Part shown: positions 21,554 to 30,584 of the stretch, piece after piece
Layout of the letters: every line of letters starts with the position of its first letter
Position numbering within the stretch: position 1 is the first letter of the stretch
From: an uncultured delta proteobacterium
GTDB lineage: Bacteria; Desulfobacterota; Desulfomonilia; UBA1062
Length of the DNA: 64,000 nucleotides
NCBI GenBank assembly: GCA_963798485.1
Contig: CAWCTR010000020.1
Coordinates: 32,001 to 96,000, forward strand
Reading direction: 5' to 3'
Program-made: the position numbers and the translations under genes
Notes under the pieces: model-generated
The model's database searches: none
Told to the model about the DNA's origin: nothing
The model's input: the letters and a program-made list of their open reading frames with translations, nothing else

Positions 21554-21580
21554 TTAGCACTCACTATAAATGAGTGCTAA
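21554..21580. promoter_or_regulatory. CIRCE element (HrcA operator)
   Basis: Perfect TTAGCACTC-N9-GAGTGCTAA directly upstream of groES. Confidence 0.97.
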
Positions 21581-21829
21581 TCTCGTAGCAAGGATTATAG
21601 GTAAGTTCAAGGCTCAAAATTACTTTGTTCCATGAACCATTCATGATTTACAGATACTATACGGTTAAATAATCCATATCCTAAAGATATCAGTAAATTG
21701 CTGCTTCTTTCCCTTAATTACTTACTCAATGATCTTAGACATAAACTCCGGCAAAGGCCGATTTGACAAATAAGCACCCTGTGTGCAAGATGACCGGGTC
21801 CATTAATCAAGAAAAGGGGAATATCAAAG

Positions 21830-22570
21830 ATGAGCCTGCTATCGAAAAAGCTGTTGTTCGGCATGTCTCTGATTATCTTGTCTGTCCTTTTTTATATCCT
21901 GGACTACCTCTTATTCAGTGATGCCCGGGATCTCATCTTTTATACCATCATGGACATTGCATTCCTGTTCATCCAGGTATTGCTCGTTACCATCATTATC
22001 CAGGAACTCCTTGATATAAGAGAAAAACAGGAGCGGATGCAAAAACTCAACACCGTCATTGGGGTCTTTTTCAGCGAGTTCGGGACCGATCTCCTTTCCT
22101 ATTTTTCCGATCTCGACCGCAACCTTGGCACCATCAGAAATGATTTGCTTGTCTCTGTACAGTGGACTGATGAACAATATTCCAACGCCATGAAGCGACT
22201 CGGCAGTTATATATATAAAGTGGAACCCGAAAAGCTCGACCTTGAAAGACTCAAGCAATACCTCCTCGGGAAAAGGGATTTCCTGCTTATCATGATGGAA
22301 AACCCCAATCTCATGGAACATGAGCGCTTCACCGAGCTCCTGCTGTCGGTCTTTCACCTTGTGGAGGAACTCAAGCTGAGAAAAACCATAGAGGAACTCC
22401 CCTGCGAAGACTGCGACCATATAGCAGTCGACATTAACCGTGCATATCAGATGCTTGTCAGGGAATGGATATCCTACATGAAACATCTCAAGGACAACTT
22501 CCCTTACCTTTTCTCACTGGCCATGCGCACAAACCCCTTTGACCAGGATGCATCGGTTATTGTGAGCTGA
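21830..22570 (+). CDS. Hypothetical membrane protein (2 N-terminal TM plus soluble helical domain)
   Basis: 246-aa ORF with RBS and hydrophobic N-terminus. Confidence 0.75.
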   Translation: MSLLSKKLLFGMSLIILSVLFYILDYLLFSDARDLIFYTIMDIAFLFIQVLLVTIIIQELLDIREKQERMQKLNTVIGVFFSEFGTDLLSYFSDLDRNLGTIRNDLLVSVQWTDEQYSNAMKRLGSYIYKVEPEKLDLERLKQYLLGKRDFLLIMMENPNLMEHERFTELLLSVFHLVEELKLRKTIEELPCEDCDHIAVDINRAYQMLVREWISYMKHLKDNFPYLFSLAMRTNPFDQDASVIVS

Positions 22571-22665
22571 ACTTCAGATGGGGAACCATTGATCATATGA
22601 ATCATATGTGTTATTCCCCCCAAAAGGTATTGAAATGAAGTAGCCGTTTCTTAAGGAATACGGAG

Positions 22666-25600
22666 GTGAACGTGAGCTTTCTTGGTATTGATGTGGGGAG
22701 CTCCTACATTAAACTTTGGTACGAAGATGTCAGCGGTTCTGTCATTACTGCTCGAAACATCCACCACAGGGGATCACCCCAGAGTACTGTAATCAACGAG
22801 TTGTCCTGCCTGAACCCTGAGCCTATGTTTCTCAGTTTCTCAGGCAACCTGGCCGGGCAGGATATTATGGGATGGCACCATGAAGGGCTCCTGTCAGAGA
22901 TTGATTACCTGAGGAAGATGTATCCCAGCAGACAACTGCTCATCTTTGGTGCGGAGAAGATTGAACTCGTTAATTTTGACGAGAGCGGGCACATCCTTTT
23001 TTATCAGACAAACCCTTCATGCGCCGCAGGAACAGGCTCATTCCTTGACGAGCAGATGCTCAGGCTTGGTCTCGACTTCTCTGATCTGCCTCATATCGCT
23101 ATTGACGAAAGTGCCCCCCTTGTGGCCACGAGGTGTGCCGTTTTTGCAAAAACCGACATTATCCATCTTCAGCAGGATGGGCATACTGCATACTCCATAT
23201 ACAACGGGCTGTGTAAAGGCCTGGTGCTGAGCAGCCTTAAAAGCGTGTTCGGCGGCAATCTTCCCAATGGCTCCGGCATCATTGCCACCGGGGGCTTGCT
23301 TGAAAATCTCCATATCCGTCATTATCTCAAGCAGGTCTTCCCCATGATACAGATCGCCCAGGACCCGGCGTTCACCAGGGCGCGCGGCTTAAGCCTTGCT
23401 GCACGGCTTCATGGACAAAACTTCACCGGCTTCATGACTATCCTTAAGGAGCACACCCCGGGCAAGGCCCGTTCTTCAGCCCTTCGGCCACTGAAACTCA
23501 AAAAGAGCGCCTTCCCGGCTACAGAGATGACCCGCCGTACGGATAACTACGGAAATGAGATCTGGCATGACCTGTGTGAAAACGAATCTTTAGAGGTCTT
23601 CCTCGGGGTGGACATAGGGTCCACCTCAACAAAGGCAGTGCTCACTGATACCAAAGGTACTATCAGGTTGGATATCTATACCAAGACTTCAGGCAACCCT
23701 ATCGAGGCAACAAAAAGGATTTTTCAGGGGATATTATCGGTTCAGAAAGACCTTCCGTGCTCCATTGCCATCCATGGTTGCGCAACCACCGGCTCAGGGA
23801 GGAAGCTCATAGGCACCATCATCGGTGCGGACCTCATTGTCAATGAGATCAGCGCCCATGCCAAGGGAGCCCTCACCCTTGATGAAAACGTCAGTACCAT
23901 CTTCGAAATCGGCGGCCAAGACGCAAAATTTATCCGTATTGAGAACGGCCGCATTGTTGATGTAAACATGAACTATGTATGCGCTGCAGGCACCGGATCT
24001 TTCGTGGAGGAACAGGCCAGGACCCTGGACATGAGCCTCGATGAGATCAGCGCCAAGGTAATGGGGGTGATCCCCCTGCCCAATTCCGACCGCTGCACGG
24101 TATTCATGAACCAGGAGATCACCAGACAAATCTCATCAGGATACCCCAAGGACCAGATCATGGCAGGCGTGCTGATGGCAGTGTTCAAGAACTATGTCAG
24201 CAAGGTCGTAGGCAACCGCAACTATAATAAAGATAAAATCGTCTTCCAAGGTGCGACAGCCCGCAACAAGGGACTGGTAGCGGCACTGGAACAAATCACC
24301 AATGCACAAGTCATGGTCTCAGAGTTCTGCCATGTCATGGGTGCTTACGGTGCAGCGCTTCTCACCAAGGGGAAAGGCCTTGGAAAGACATCCTTCAGGG
24401 GTCTTGTTATCCCTGATGTCTCTATTAAGGAGAAGGCGTGCAAGGGGTGTGAGAATACCTGCAGGATCACTTTTGTCAAGGCCGGCACTGAAAAGACGAG
24501 CTGGGGATATATGTGCGGCAGGGAACCTGGTGCACAAAGCGAAGAAAGGAAGATCAACCAGAGCGTTAAAATCAGGGATGACCTCCTCAAGGGCTATAAA
24601 ACCGCACTGCAAAAAGGAACGCACGCCTTTAAAATGCCTGCCCTTGGTTTGTACGAGGAATTCCTTCCCCTGCTCACAGAGGTAGCATCCGCCTGTGACT
24701 TAAGCATTGAGGTGTGCTATCCCGGGAAAAATGAAATCCAAAAAGAGCTTTCTGCAATCGGCTCAGGGGATTTCTGCTATCCCATCAAGGTCGCCATGGC
24801 CTGCGTCAATGTCCTTCTCAAGGAAGATCCTTCGAGCAGGATATTGCTTCCATTCCTCATACAGGACATCAAGGATGATTCTATCCACCCGCGCAGCTAC
24901 TACTGCCCGTTCATCACTACCGTGCCGAGCTTTTTCAAGGACAAAACCCTTTCCTCACGGGTATTCACCCCTGAGATCGACTTAAGCAGAAGCATTCCCT
25001 GGCAGGCACGGCAGATATGGGACTTCCTTAAACGCTCCGGAATTGATGGGATAAACCCGTTCAAGATCATAACCGGGATCAGACGGGGGATGGAGAAACT
25101 GGAACAGCATCGCAGGGAACTGACATCAAAGGCAACCTCGATCCTTGATGATGTCGGGGATGAAAAGGCAATCGTGCTCCTCGGCAGGCCCTATAACCTC
25201 TACCACAGGATACTCAATCTTGGCATACCTGAACTCATCGAGTCTTTAGGGTACCGGGTGATCACCATGGATGCCATCCCGGATGACATCACAAACAAGG
25301 ATATCACAGGCTTATACCCGGATATGTACTGGTATCAGGGACAGAGGTTGCTGAAGAAGGCACTGAGTATCCGCAACATGCCGAATCTCTTCCCGCTCAT
25401 GATATCCAACTTCTCGTGCGGACCTGACTCGTTTATCCTCACCTATTTCGAAGAGATCTGCAGCGATAAGCCATACCTCATCCTCGAACTGGATGAGCAC
25501 GGCTCGGCAACAGGCTACCAGACGCGGATCGAGGCCTTCATCGATATGATCGAGCAGCATAGCGGCTGCAGTATTCAAGCCCCGCATATCTCAAAGTCCG

Positions 25601-26907
25601 CAAGGATACGTTACAGTATTGAAGATATCAGGCACAACACCAAGGTCTGGATACCCCAGATCCACCCGTACATACCCCAACTGTGGTCTGCCATGTTGAA
25701 CCACTACGGCTACGAAACAAACGCCATGGGCGAGGAGACTGCCGCCGAATGCACGGCAGGCAGGGCATTATGCCGCGGGAGCGAGTGCCTGCCGGCAGCG
25801 GTTACTACCGGTAAGTTTCTCTCGGTAATCAAAGACGGCCCGGCAAACTGCCACCAAACCCTGTTCATGCCCCGGGCAGAAGGCCCTTGCAGGTTTGGTC
25901 AGTATGCAACACTCCAGTCCATGATCTTTGACCGGGCAGGGTATAAAAATATCAGCATATTCTCTCCCACTTCAGAGGACGGATATACCTTTCTTACGCC
26001 CAGGATGGAGATGGATATCTGGAAGGCTATCTGCCTGGGTGATGCCTTGTTCAAGCTGCGGTGCCGGGTATTGCCCTATCATAAACACCCGATCATGGCA
26101 GAGGCCCTCATCAAGGAAGTCCTTGATGAAATCTGCGGCCTGATCCGCACAGGCAAAGACTGGAAGGTGGCCCTGTCATCGCTGACAAACACACTCAGCA
26201 TCGATTCGGGACTCGATCAACCGTTAAAACCGCTTGTGGGTATTGTGGGCGAGATCTTTGTTCGGCTCAACAGCTTTTCCAACCAGCACATCGTGGAGAC
26301 CGTGGAGGCCAATGGCGGCGAGGTCTGGTTATCACCCTTTTCGGAATGGATTCATTATGTCCGGGACATCCTTGCCATGAGATCAGGGCCCGTTAAGAAG
26401 CTTGGCACGCGCATTAAGAACCATATCCTCCATAGGGTTGAGAGGGACATCATATCCCTCTTCTCACCGGTGCTCGACCATAGACATGAGCCTTCCATAG
26501 CAGCGGTCATAAGCAAGGCCAAGAGATTCATCCCGCCGACCTTCGAGGGAGAGGCTATCCTCACGATTGGAAGGGCCAAATTGTTTGCTGAACAGGGGGC
26601 AAGCCTTGTGGTGAACTGCTCGCCCTTCAGTTGTATGCCTGGAAGGGTAACTTCGCACCTGTTCCAGACCTACCGGGATTATTTCCAGGTACCGGTGGTG
26701 AACCTGTTCTTCGATGGCACAGGCGATATTTCGAACCAGGTGGGGATCTATCTGAAATCCATAACCCAGGCCTATACAGAAAAGCGCCCTATGCCCTCCA
26801 CAATCTTCCAAAAACCAGGGAAGAAGCCTGCAGCCACTCCGTGGGCAAAGGTTATGGGTGACTCCCTGCAGGAAGATATCTTTGATGATGAATACAGGAG
26901 CAAGTAG
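22666..26907 (+). CDS. Acyl-CoA dehydratase activase (two ASKHA BadF/BadG/BcrA/BcrD domains plus DUF2229-like domains)
   Basis: GIDVGSS / GVDIGSTSTK, CAAGTGSF twice, EIGGQDAK, NFSCGPD, GPCRFGQY. Confidence 0.9.
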   Translation: MNVSFLGIDVGSSYIKLWYEDVSGSVITARNIHHRGSPQSTVINELSCLNPEPMFLSFSGNLAGQDIMGWHHEGLLSEIDYLRKMYPSRQLLIFGAEKIELVNFDESGHILFYQTNPSCAAGTGSFLDEQMLRLGLDFSDLPHIAIDESAPLVATRCAVFAKTDIIHLQQDGHTAYSIYNGLCKGLVLSSLKSVFGGNLPNGSGIIATGGLLENLHIRHYLKQVFPMIQIAQDPAFTRARGLSLAARLHGQNFTGFMTILKEHTPGKARSSALRPLKLKKSAFPATEMTRRTDNYGNEIWHDLCENESLEVFLGVDIGSTSTKAVLTDTKGTIRLDIYTKTSGNPIEATKRIFQGILSVQKDLPCSIAIHGCATTGSGRKLIGTIIGADLIVNEISAHAKGALTLDENVSTIFEIGGQDAKFIRIENGRIVDVNMNYVCAAGTGSFVEEQARTLDMSLDEISAKVMGVIPLPNSDRCTVFMNQEITRQISSGYPKDQIMAGVLMAVFKNYVSKVVGNRNYNKDKIVFQGATARNKGLVAALEQITNAQVMVSEFCHVMGAYGAALLTKGKGLGKTSFRGLVIPDVSIKEKACKGCENTCRITFVKAGTEKTSWGYMCGREPGAQSEERKINQSVKIRDDLLKGYKTALQKGTHAFKMPALGLYEEFLPLLTEVASACDLSIEVCYPGKNEIQKELSAIGSGDFCYPIKVAMACVNVLLKEDPSSRILLPFLIQDIKDDSIHPRSYYCPFITTVPSFFKDKTLSSRVFTPEIDLSRSIPWQARQIWDFLKRSGIDGINPFKIITGIRRGMEKLEQHRRELTSKATSILDDVGDEKAIVLLGRPYNLYHRILNLGIPELIESLGYRVITMDAIPDDITNKDITGLYPDMYWYQGQRLLKKALSIRNMPNLFPLMISNFSCGPDSFILTYFEEICSDKPYLILELDEHGSATGYQTRIEAFIDMIEQHSGCSIQAPHISKSARIRYSIEDIRHNTKVWIPQIHPYIPQLWSAMLNHYGYETNAMGEETAAECTAGRALCRGSECLPAAVTTGKFLSVIKDGPANCHQTLFMPRAEGPCRFGQYATLQSMIFDRAGYKNISIFSPTSEDGYTFLTPRMEMDIWKAICLGDALFKLRCRVLPYHKHPIMAEALIKEVLDEICGLIRTGKDWKVALSSLTNTLSIDSGLDQPLKPLVGIVGEIFVRLNSFSNQHIVETVEANGGEVWLSPFSEWIHYVRDILAMRSGPVKKLGTRIKNHILHRVERDIISLFSPVLDHRHEPSIAAVISKAKRFIPPTFEGEAILTIGRAKLFAEQGASLVVNCSPFSCMPGRVTSHLFQTYRDYFQVPVVNLFFDGTGDISNQVGIYLKSITQAYTEKRPMPSTIFQKPGKKPAATPWAKVMGDSLQEDIFDDEYRSK

Positions 26908-27050
26908 AAGATACAAATAGAAGATAATAATGACCACTACAAAATGGAAAGCGATTATGAAGGCGCAATAAGCAGTTCGCTAACAACACCACCCATACCA
27001 TATCAATAAACAAGGTCCGCCTTATAATTCCTATATCTTTATTAATCTAA

Positions 27051-27073
27051 TGGTCGGGCAGTGGGGATTTGAA
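27051..27073 (-). repeat. Degenerate tRNA-Pro 3'-end repeat (distal att core)
   Basis: TGGTCGGGCAGTGGGGATTTGAA vs tRNA TGGTCGGGAAGCGGGGATTTGAA (21/23). Confidence 0.85.
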
Positions 27074-27238
27074 ACACGAAACCGTATTGTATCTAAGCCA
27101 CTCCACAGGCCGCTGCGTGAGAATCACGTGAAAGTTGAAAATTAGTTGGCTGAGAAAATTCTTGAATACCCCCTCCCCTGACAATAATATGCTGATACAA
27201 TAAATACGTTATTATTGAGATTGACTCTTTCTCCGATA

Positions 27239-27256
27239 TGATATACGTGTATAGCA
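27239..27256. promoter_or_regulatory. Palindromic operator upstream of relBE
   Basis: TGATATAC-GT-GTATAGCA (7/8 arms), downstream of TTGACT at 27221. Confidence 0.55.
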
Positions 27257-27271
27257 TAAGGGAGAGAACCT

Positions 27272-27496
27272 ATGCTTGCTATCCGACTTCCCGCAGAAAT
27301 TGAAGACCGACTTGAAGCCCTGGCAAAAGCCACCGGACGGACTAAGACCTATTATGCCAGAGAGGCAATTCTTGAGTATATTGACGACCTGGAAGATGTC
27401 TACCTTGCCGAGAAACGGCTGGAAGATATCCGAGCAGGCCGAACAAAGACCGTTCCGCTCGAAAAGATCATGAAACGCCATGGCATGGAAGGTTGA
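27272..27496 (+). CDS. Type II antitoxin, ribbon-helix-helix (RelB/CopG-like)
   Basis: MLAIRLP.EIE.RLEALAKATGRTKTYYAREAI..DLED.YLA. Confidence 0.9.
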   Translation: MLAIRLPAEIEDRLEALAKATGRTKTYYAREAILEYIDDLEDVYLAEKRLEDIRAGRTKTVPLEKIMKRHGMEG

Positions 27497-27752
27497 GCTT
27501 GACCCCGCAACAGTGCGGGATTTAGACCGCCTTGATAAGCAAGTTGCCCGACGCATCCTCAGTTTCTTATATGAAAGGGTTGCTCAACTGGACGATCCAC
27601 GCAGCATCGGCCAAGCGTTGCAGGGTTCCAAATTTGGAGAGTTCTGGAAGTATCGCGTGGGTGACTGGCGAATAATCTGTAAGATAGAAGATAAACGAAT
27701 AATTGTGTTAGTTCTCCGTATTAGACATAGAAGTAAGGTATACAGGCCCTAG
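27480..27752 (+). CDS. Type II toxin, RelE/StbE family
   Basis: DDPRSIGQAL..WKYRVGDWRII..IRHR; overlaps the antitoxin end. Confidence 0.92.
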   Translation: MAWKVELDPATVRDLDRLDKQVARRILSFLYERVAQLDDPRSIGQALQGSKFGEFWKYRVGDWRIICKIEDKRIIVLVLRIRHRSKVYRP

Positions 27753-27785
27753 AAAATCCAGGTCACCATGGAATCGATAGTAAAC

Positions 27786-27889
27786 TGGCCGGGAAGCGGG
27801 GATTTGAAGACTATTCCCTTGATTATAAACCGTCATCAGGCCTAATTCTACAGACTCGTACAGGATTTATGTCCGAGACTTGTCCGAGT
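27786..27889 (-). repeat. att-like repeat copy 2 (tRNA-Pro 3' end plus ~80-bp arm)
   Basis: Ungapped match to 29331-29434 with 17 mismatches in 104 nt by hand count. Confidence 0.9.
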
Positions 27890-28043
27890 CAAAATCATGA
27901 GATATTAAGTTCATTATTGAGAGTAAATTAATAATGATCCGTCATGACTCCTTATCGAATATCATGGTGACTTCATAAGTGCCGTAGCTTGATGTCATGC
28001 ATGTTGTTTATAGTTGTAGTGATTCGAATAAATTAGATTTATC

Positions 28044-28086
28044 TTGCATCCTTGCAATTTGGAAGGTAGTATTCCAATATGCAAGG
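28044..28086 (+). promoter_or_regulatory. Sigma70 promoter with overlapping inverted repeat; likely leaderless mRNA
   Basis: TTGCAT(28044)-N17-TAGTAT(28067), ATG at 28079; CCTTGCAATTTGGAA..TTCCAATATGCAAGG inverted repeat. Confidence 0.55.
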
Positions 28087-29245
28087 TATTTACATTCCCA
28101 GATCTCTAGAAAACGATGTACGTCGTGGACTTGAGGAATTCCCGGCTGTGGCAGTCTTGGGTCCGAGGCAGTGTGGTAAGTCAACCCTGGCAAAGCATGT
28201 TATTGAGAGCTTCCCGCAGAGTATCTATCTCGATCTCGAACGTCCGTCCGATGGGCGCAAGCTTACCGATCCCGAACTGTTCTTTGATCACTATAAGGAC
28301 AGGCTCATCTGCCTGGATGAGATCCAACGTCTCCCAGAAATCTTCACCATATTAAGAAGCATGATCGATGAAAGAAGGAGGCCTGGTCAATTTCTCATTC
28401 TTGGATCAGCTTCTGGTGATCTGCTCCGGCAAAGCTCGGAGAGTCTCGCAGGTCGTATTGCCTACCTGGAATTGGCACCTTTCAGTATTAATGAAATATC
28501 TGATCGACCTGTGAGTACTCTCTGGTTACGCGGAGGGTTCCCCTCAGGCTTGCTTTCTAATGATGATCAGTCAAGCTTCCGCTGGCGACAGAATTTTGTT
28601 CGCACGTTTCTGGAACGTGACATATCCCAGCTTGGAATCCGGATATCTTCAGCCTCAATCGAGCGTCTCTGGCGCTTATGCGCACATTATCATAGTCAGC
28701 TGCTCAATCTCTCGGCCATTGGGAGTTCTCTGGGGATAACCCATCATACCGCCCGTTCCTATATCGATCTTCTCAGCAAGACCTTTATGCTCAGGGTACT
28801 TCCCCCGTTTGAGGCAAATGCAAAGAAAAGGCTTGTGAAGTCGCCGAAAATTTATATCCGGGACAGCGGACTGTTGCATACATTACTGGGAATTCGGGAA
28901 TATGAAGATCTGTTGGCACACCCTGTATTCGGGGGATCTTGGGAAGGTTTTGTTATTGAAAACATACTGACTTGTTTGCCTGACTGGAATCCGAGTTTTT
29001 ATCGTACCTCTGCTGGCGCGGAAATAGATCTTGTGCTTGAGAGAGGCAAACATAGGATTGCCATCGAATGTAAGGCATCATCTTCACCGTCAGTCACGAA
29101 GGGATTCTGGTATGCCCTCGATGATATTCAACCCGATGAAGTCTTGATTGTGGCTCCGGTCAAGAAAACGTACCCCATCAAAGAAGGAGTGATGGTTATT
29201 CCTTTGCAAGAGCTTGTGCAACACCTGATGAAAAAATCCCCATGA
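28079..29245 (+). CDS. AAA ATPase with wHTH and DUF4143 PD-(D/E)xK-like C-terminus
   Basis: GPRQCGKST Walker A, LDEIQ Walker B, SESLAGR, KSPKIYIRDSG, EIDLV..IECK. Confidence 0.92.
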   Translation: MQGIYIPRSLENDVRRGLEEFPAVAVLGPRQCGKSTLAKHVIESFPQSIYLDLERPSDGRKLTDPELFFDHYKDRLICLDEIQRLPEIFTILRSMIDERRRPGQFLILGSASGDLLRQSSESLAGRIAYLELAPFSINEISDRPVSTLWLRGGFPSGLLSNDDQSSFRWRQNFVRTFLERDISQLGIRISSASIERLWRLCAHYHSQLLNLSAIGSSLGITHHTARSYIDLLSKTFMLRVLPPFEANAKKRLVKSPKIYIRDSGLLHTLLGIREYEDLLAHPVFGGSWEGFVIENILTCLPDWNPSFYRTSAGAEIDLVLERGKHRIAIECKASSSPSVTKGFWYALDDIQPDEVLIVAPVKKTYPIKEGVMVIPLQELVQHLMKKSP

Positions 29246-29352
29246 AGGATTTAAGAAAATTATTTGAAATGTATCAGGCTCTTCTCATCGAGAATGGAGC
29301 CCTGAAGAAAGAAAATCAATTATTGAAAGATGGTCGGGAAGCGGGGATTTGA
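29242..29352 (+). pseudogene. 5' stub of a second primase-helicase gene, truncated at the att core
   Basis: Translates MKDLRKLFEMYQALLIENGALKKENQLLK, 21/29 aa identical to the N-terminus of 30585..33440. Confidence 0.85.
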
Positions 29353-29434
29353 AGACGGTACCCTTCGCTGCAAACTTTCATCAGCCCTGCTTCTACAGAC
29401 TCGTACAGGGTTTCTGTCCGAGACTTGTACGAGT
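29331..29434 (-). repeat. att-like repeat copy 3 (perfect 23-nt tRNA-Pro 3' end plus arm)
   Basis: TGGTCGGGAAGCGGGGATTTGAA identical to 35975-35997. Confidence 0.92.
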
Positions 29435-29453
29435 TCAATTGAATAGTTTATTA

Positions 29454-29504
29454 TACCGGAGAGTCGACTTGAATCCCCACATCCACAAGGGACTTCGGAT
29501 TTTG
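29454..29504 (-). repeat. Degenerate tRNA-Leu 3'-half fragment (att remnant)
   Basis: Aligns with 35700-35749: GACT.GAA..CCCACA....CAAGG..CTTCGGATTTTG. Confidence 0.7.
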
Positions 29505-29689
29505 GTTTCGTTAAAGCAAAATATCAAACCCCTTGATCTTAGGTCTTATTTTCCGTAATACCTTAAATTTAGGTCAATTTATGATTTCAATCTATTCCCT
29601 TACAGTCTATCAGTTCTCACATTTTTCCTTGGATTCTAGCACAATTTTAGCACAGTTATGGCGTATGTTAAGTAGCAGATATTATATCT

Positions 29690-30339
29690 AATCACCATAA
29701 ATCATAAGAAGACAGACAGGATATACCGGGAAGAAGGGTTATCGTTGAGGAGAAAGAAGAGGAAGAAGCTCCTAGGAATAAGGGTTGCCCCTGAATTAGC
29801 TACGAGAGTGAATGAGGTATGGTCCATGGATTTCGTGTCAGATGCACTTGCATGCGGCAGGAGATTCCGAGTGCTGACGGTTGTGGACGATTATTCCCGA
29901 TTGTCACCTGGACTTGAAGTAGCCTCATCGCTTCCTGGGCAGAGGGTAACAAGATTTCTTGACCACGTGAGCTTGAACCATGGATATCCAGAGCGTATCC
30001 GTGTGGATAATGGGCCGGAGTTTCTTTCCACGAATTTTACCGCCTGGGCTTTGAAGAAAAGGATACGGATTGAATATATCAGGCCGGGCAAGCCTTCAGA
30101 TAACTGCTACATTGAGAGCTTCAACGGTAAGTTCAGGGACGAATGTCTCAACGAGAACTGGTTTCTGAGTATCAAGGAGGCCAAAGAGATCATTGAAGGA
30201 TGGAGGGCCGAATATAACGAGATCCGCCCGCACAGTTCCCTAGGGAACTGTACTCCTTGAGTTTTACAGGGAACACCAGGCCGTGCTAAAAAGAAAAAAT
30301 ACTTGCCTTGGAAGTGGCCTAGTCAACGGGGTAAGGTCA
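29690..30339 (+). mobile_element. IS3-family (IS407-like) transposase remnant: OrfB integrase core and right end
   Basis: [47 protein letters not shown]; right end GGGGTAAGGTCA at 30339; orfA and left end absent. Confidence 0.88.
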
Positions 30340-30584
30340 AATATACCGATATGGGAGAAATCAAGGCACGCGGTCGCAAACGTCTTGCCGTAAAACAGAA
30401 AAAGCCAAAGTCCTAATGCCGCTGATGTTCACGATAGTGTTGTGTTCACAATTAATGAACGATGATGGATCGTGAACTACATCAATTAACCAAAATTGAT
30501 GCAGCCCATATTTAATCAATTTGCACTATTTCATGTAACTAAGGCTCAGCATCCATTGTCTCTGGTTTGGATCTCATAGTTTAG

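Noticed and set aside
27051-29434. Repeats as a CRISPR array or integron attC sites
   Set aside because: They are tRNA 3'-end copies spaced 0.7-1.5 kb apart by whole genes. There are no cas or intI genes and no obvious RYYYAAC..GTTRRRY attC structure.
30424-30485. GTTCACGAT..ATCGTGAAC inverted repeat, possible res site or terminator
   Set aside because: Short and imperfect, with no resolvase nearby; cannot be assigned.
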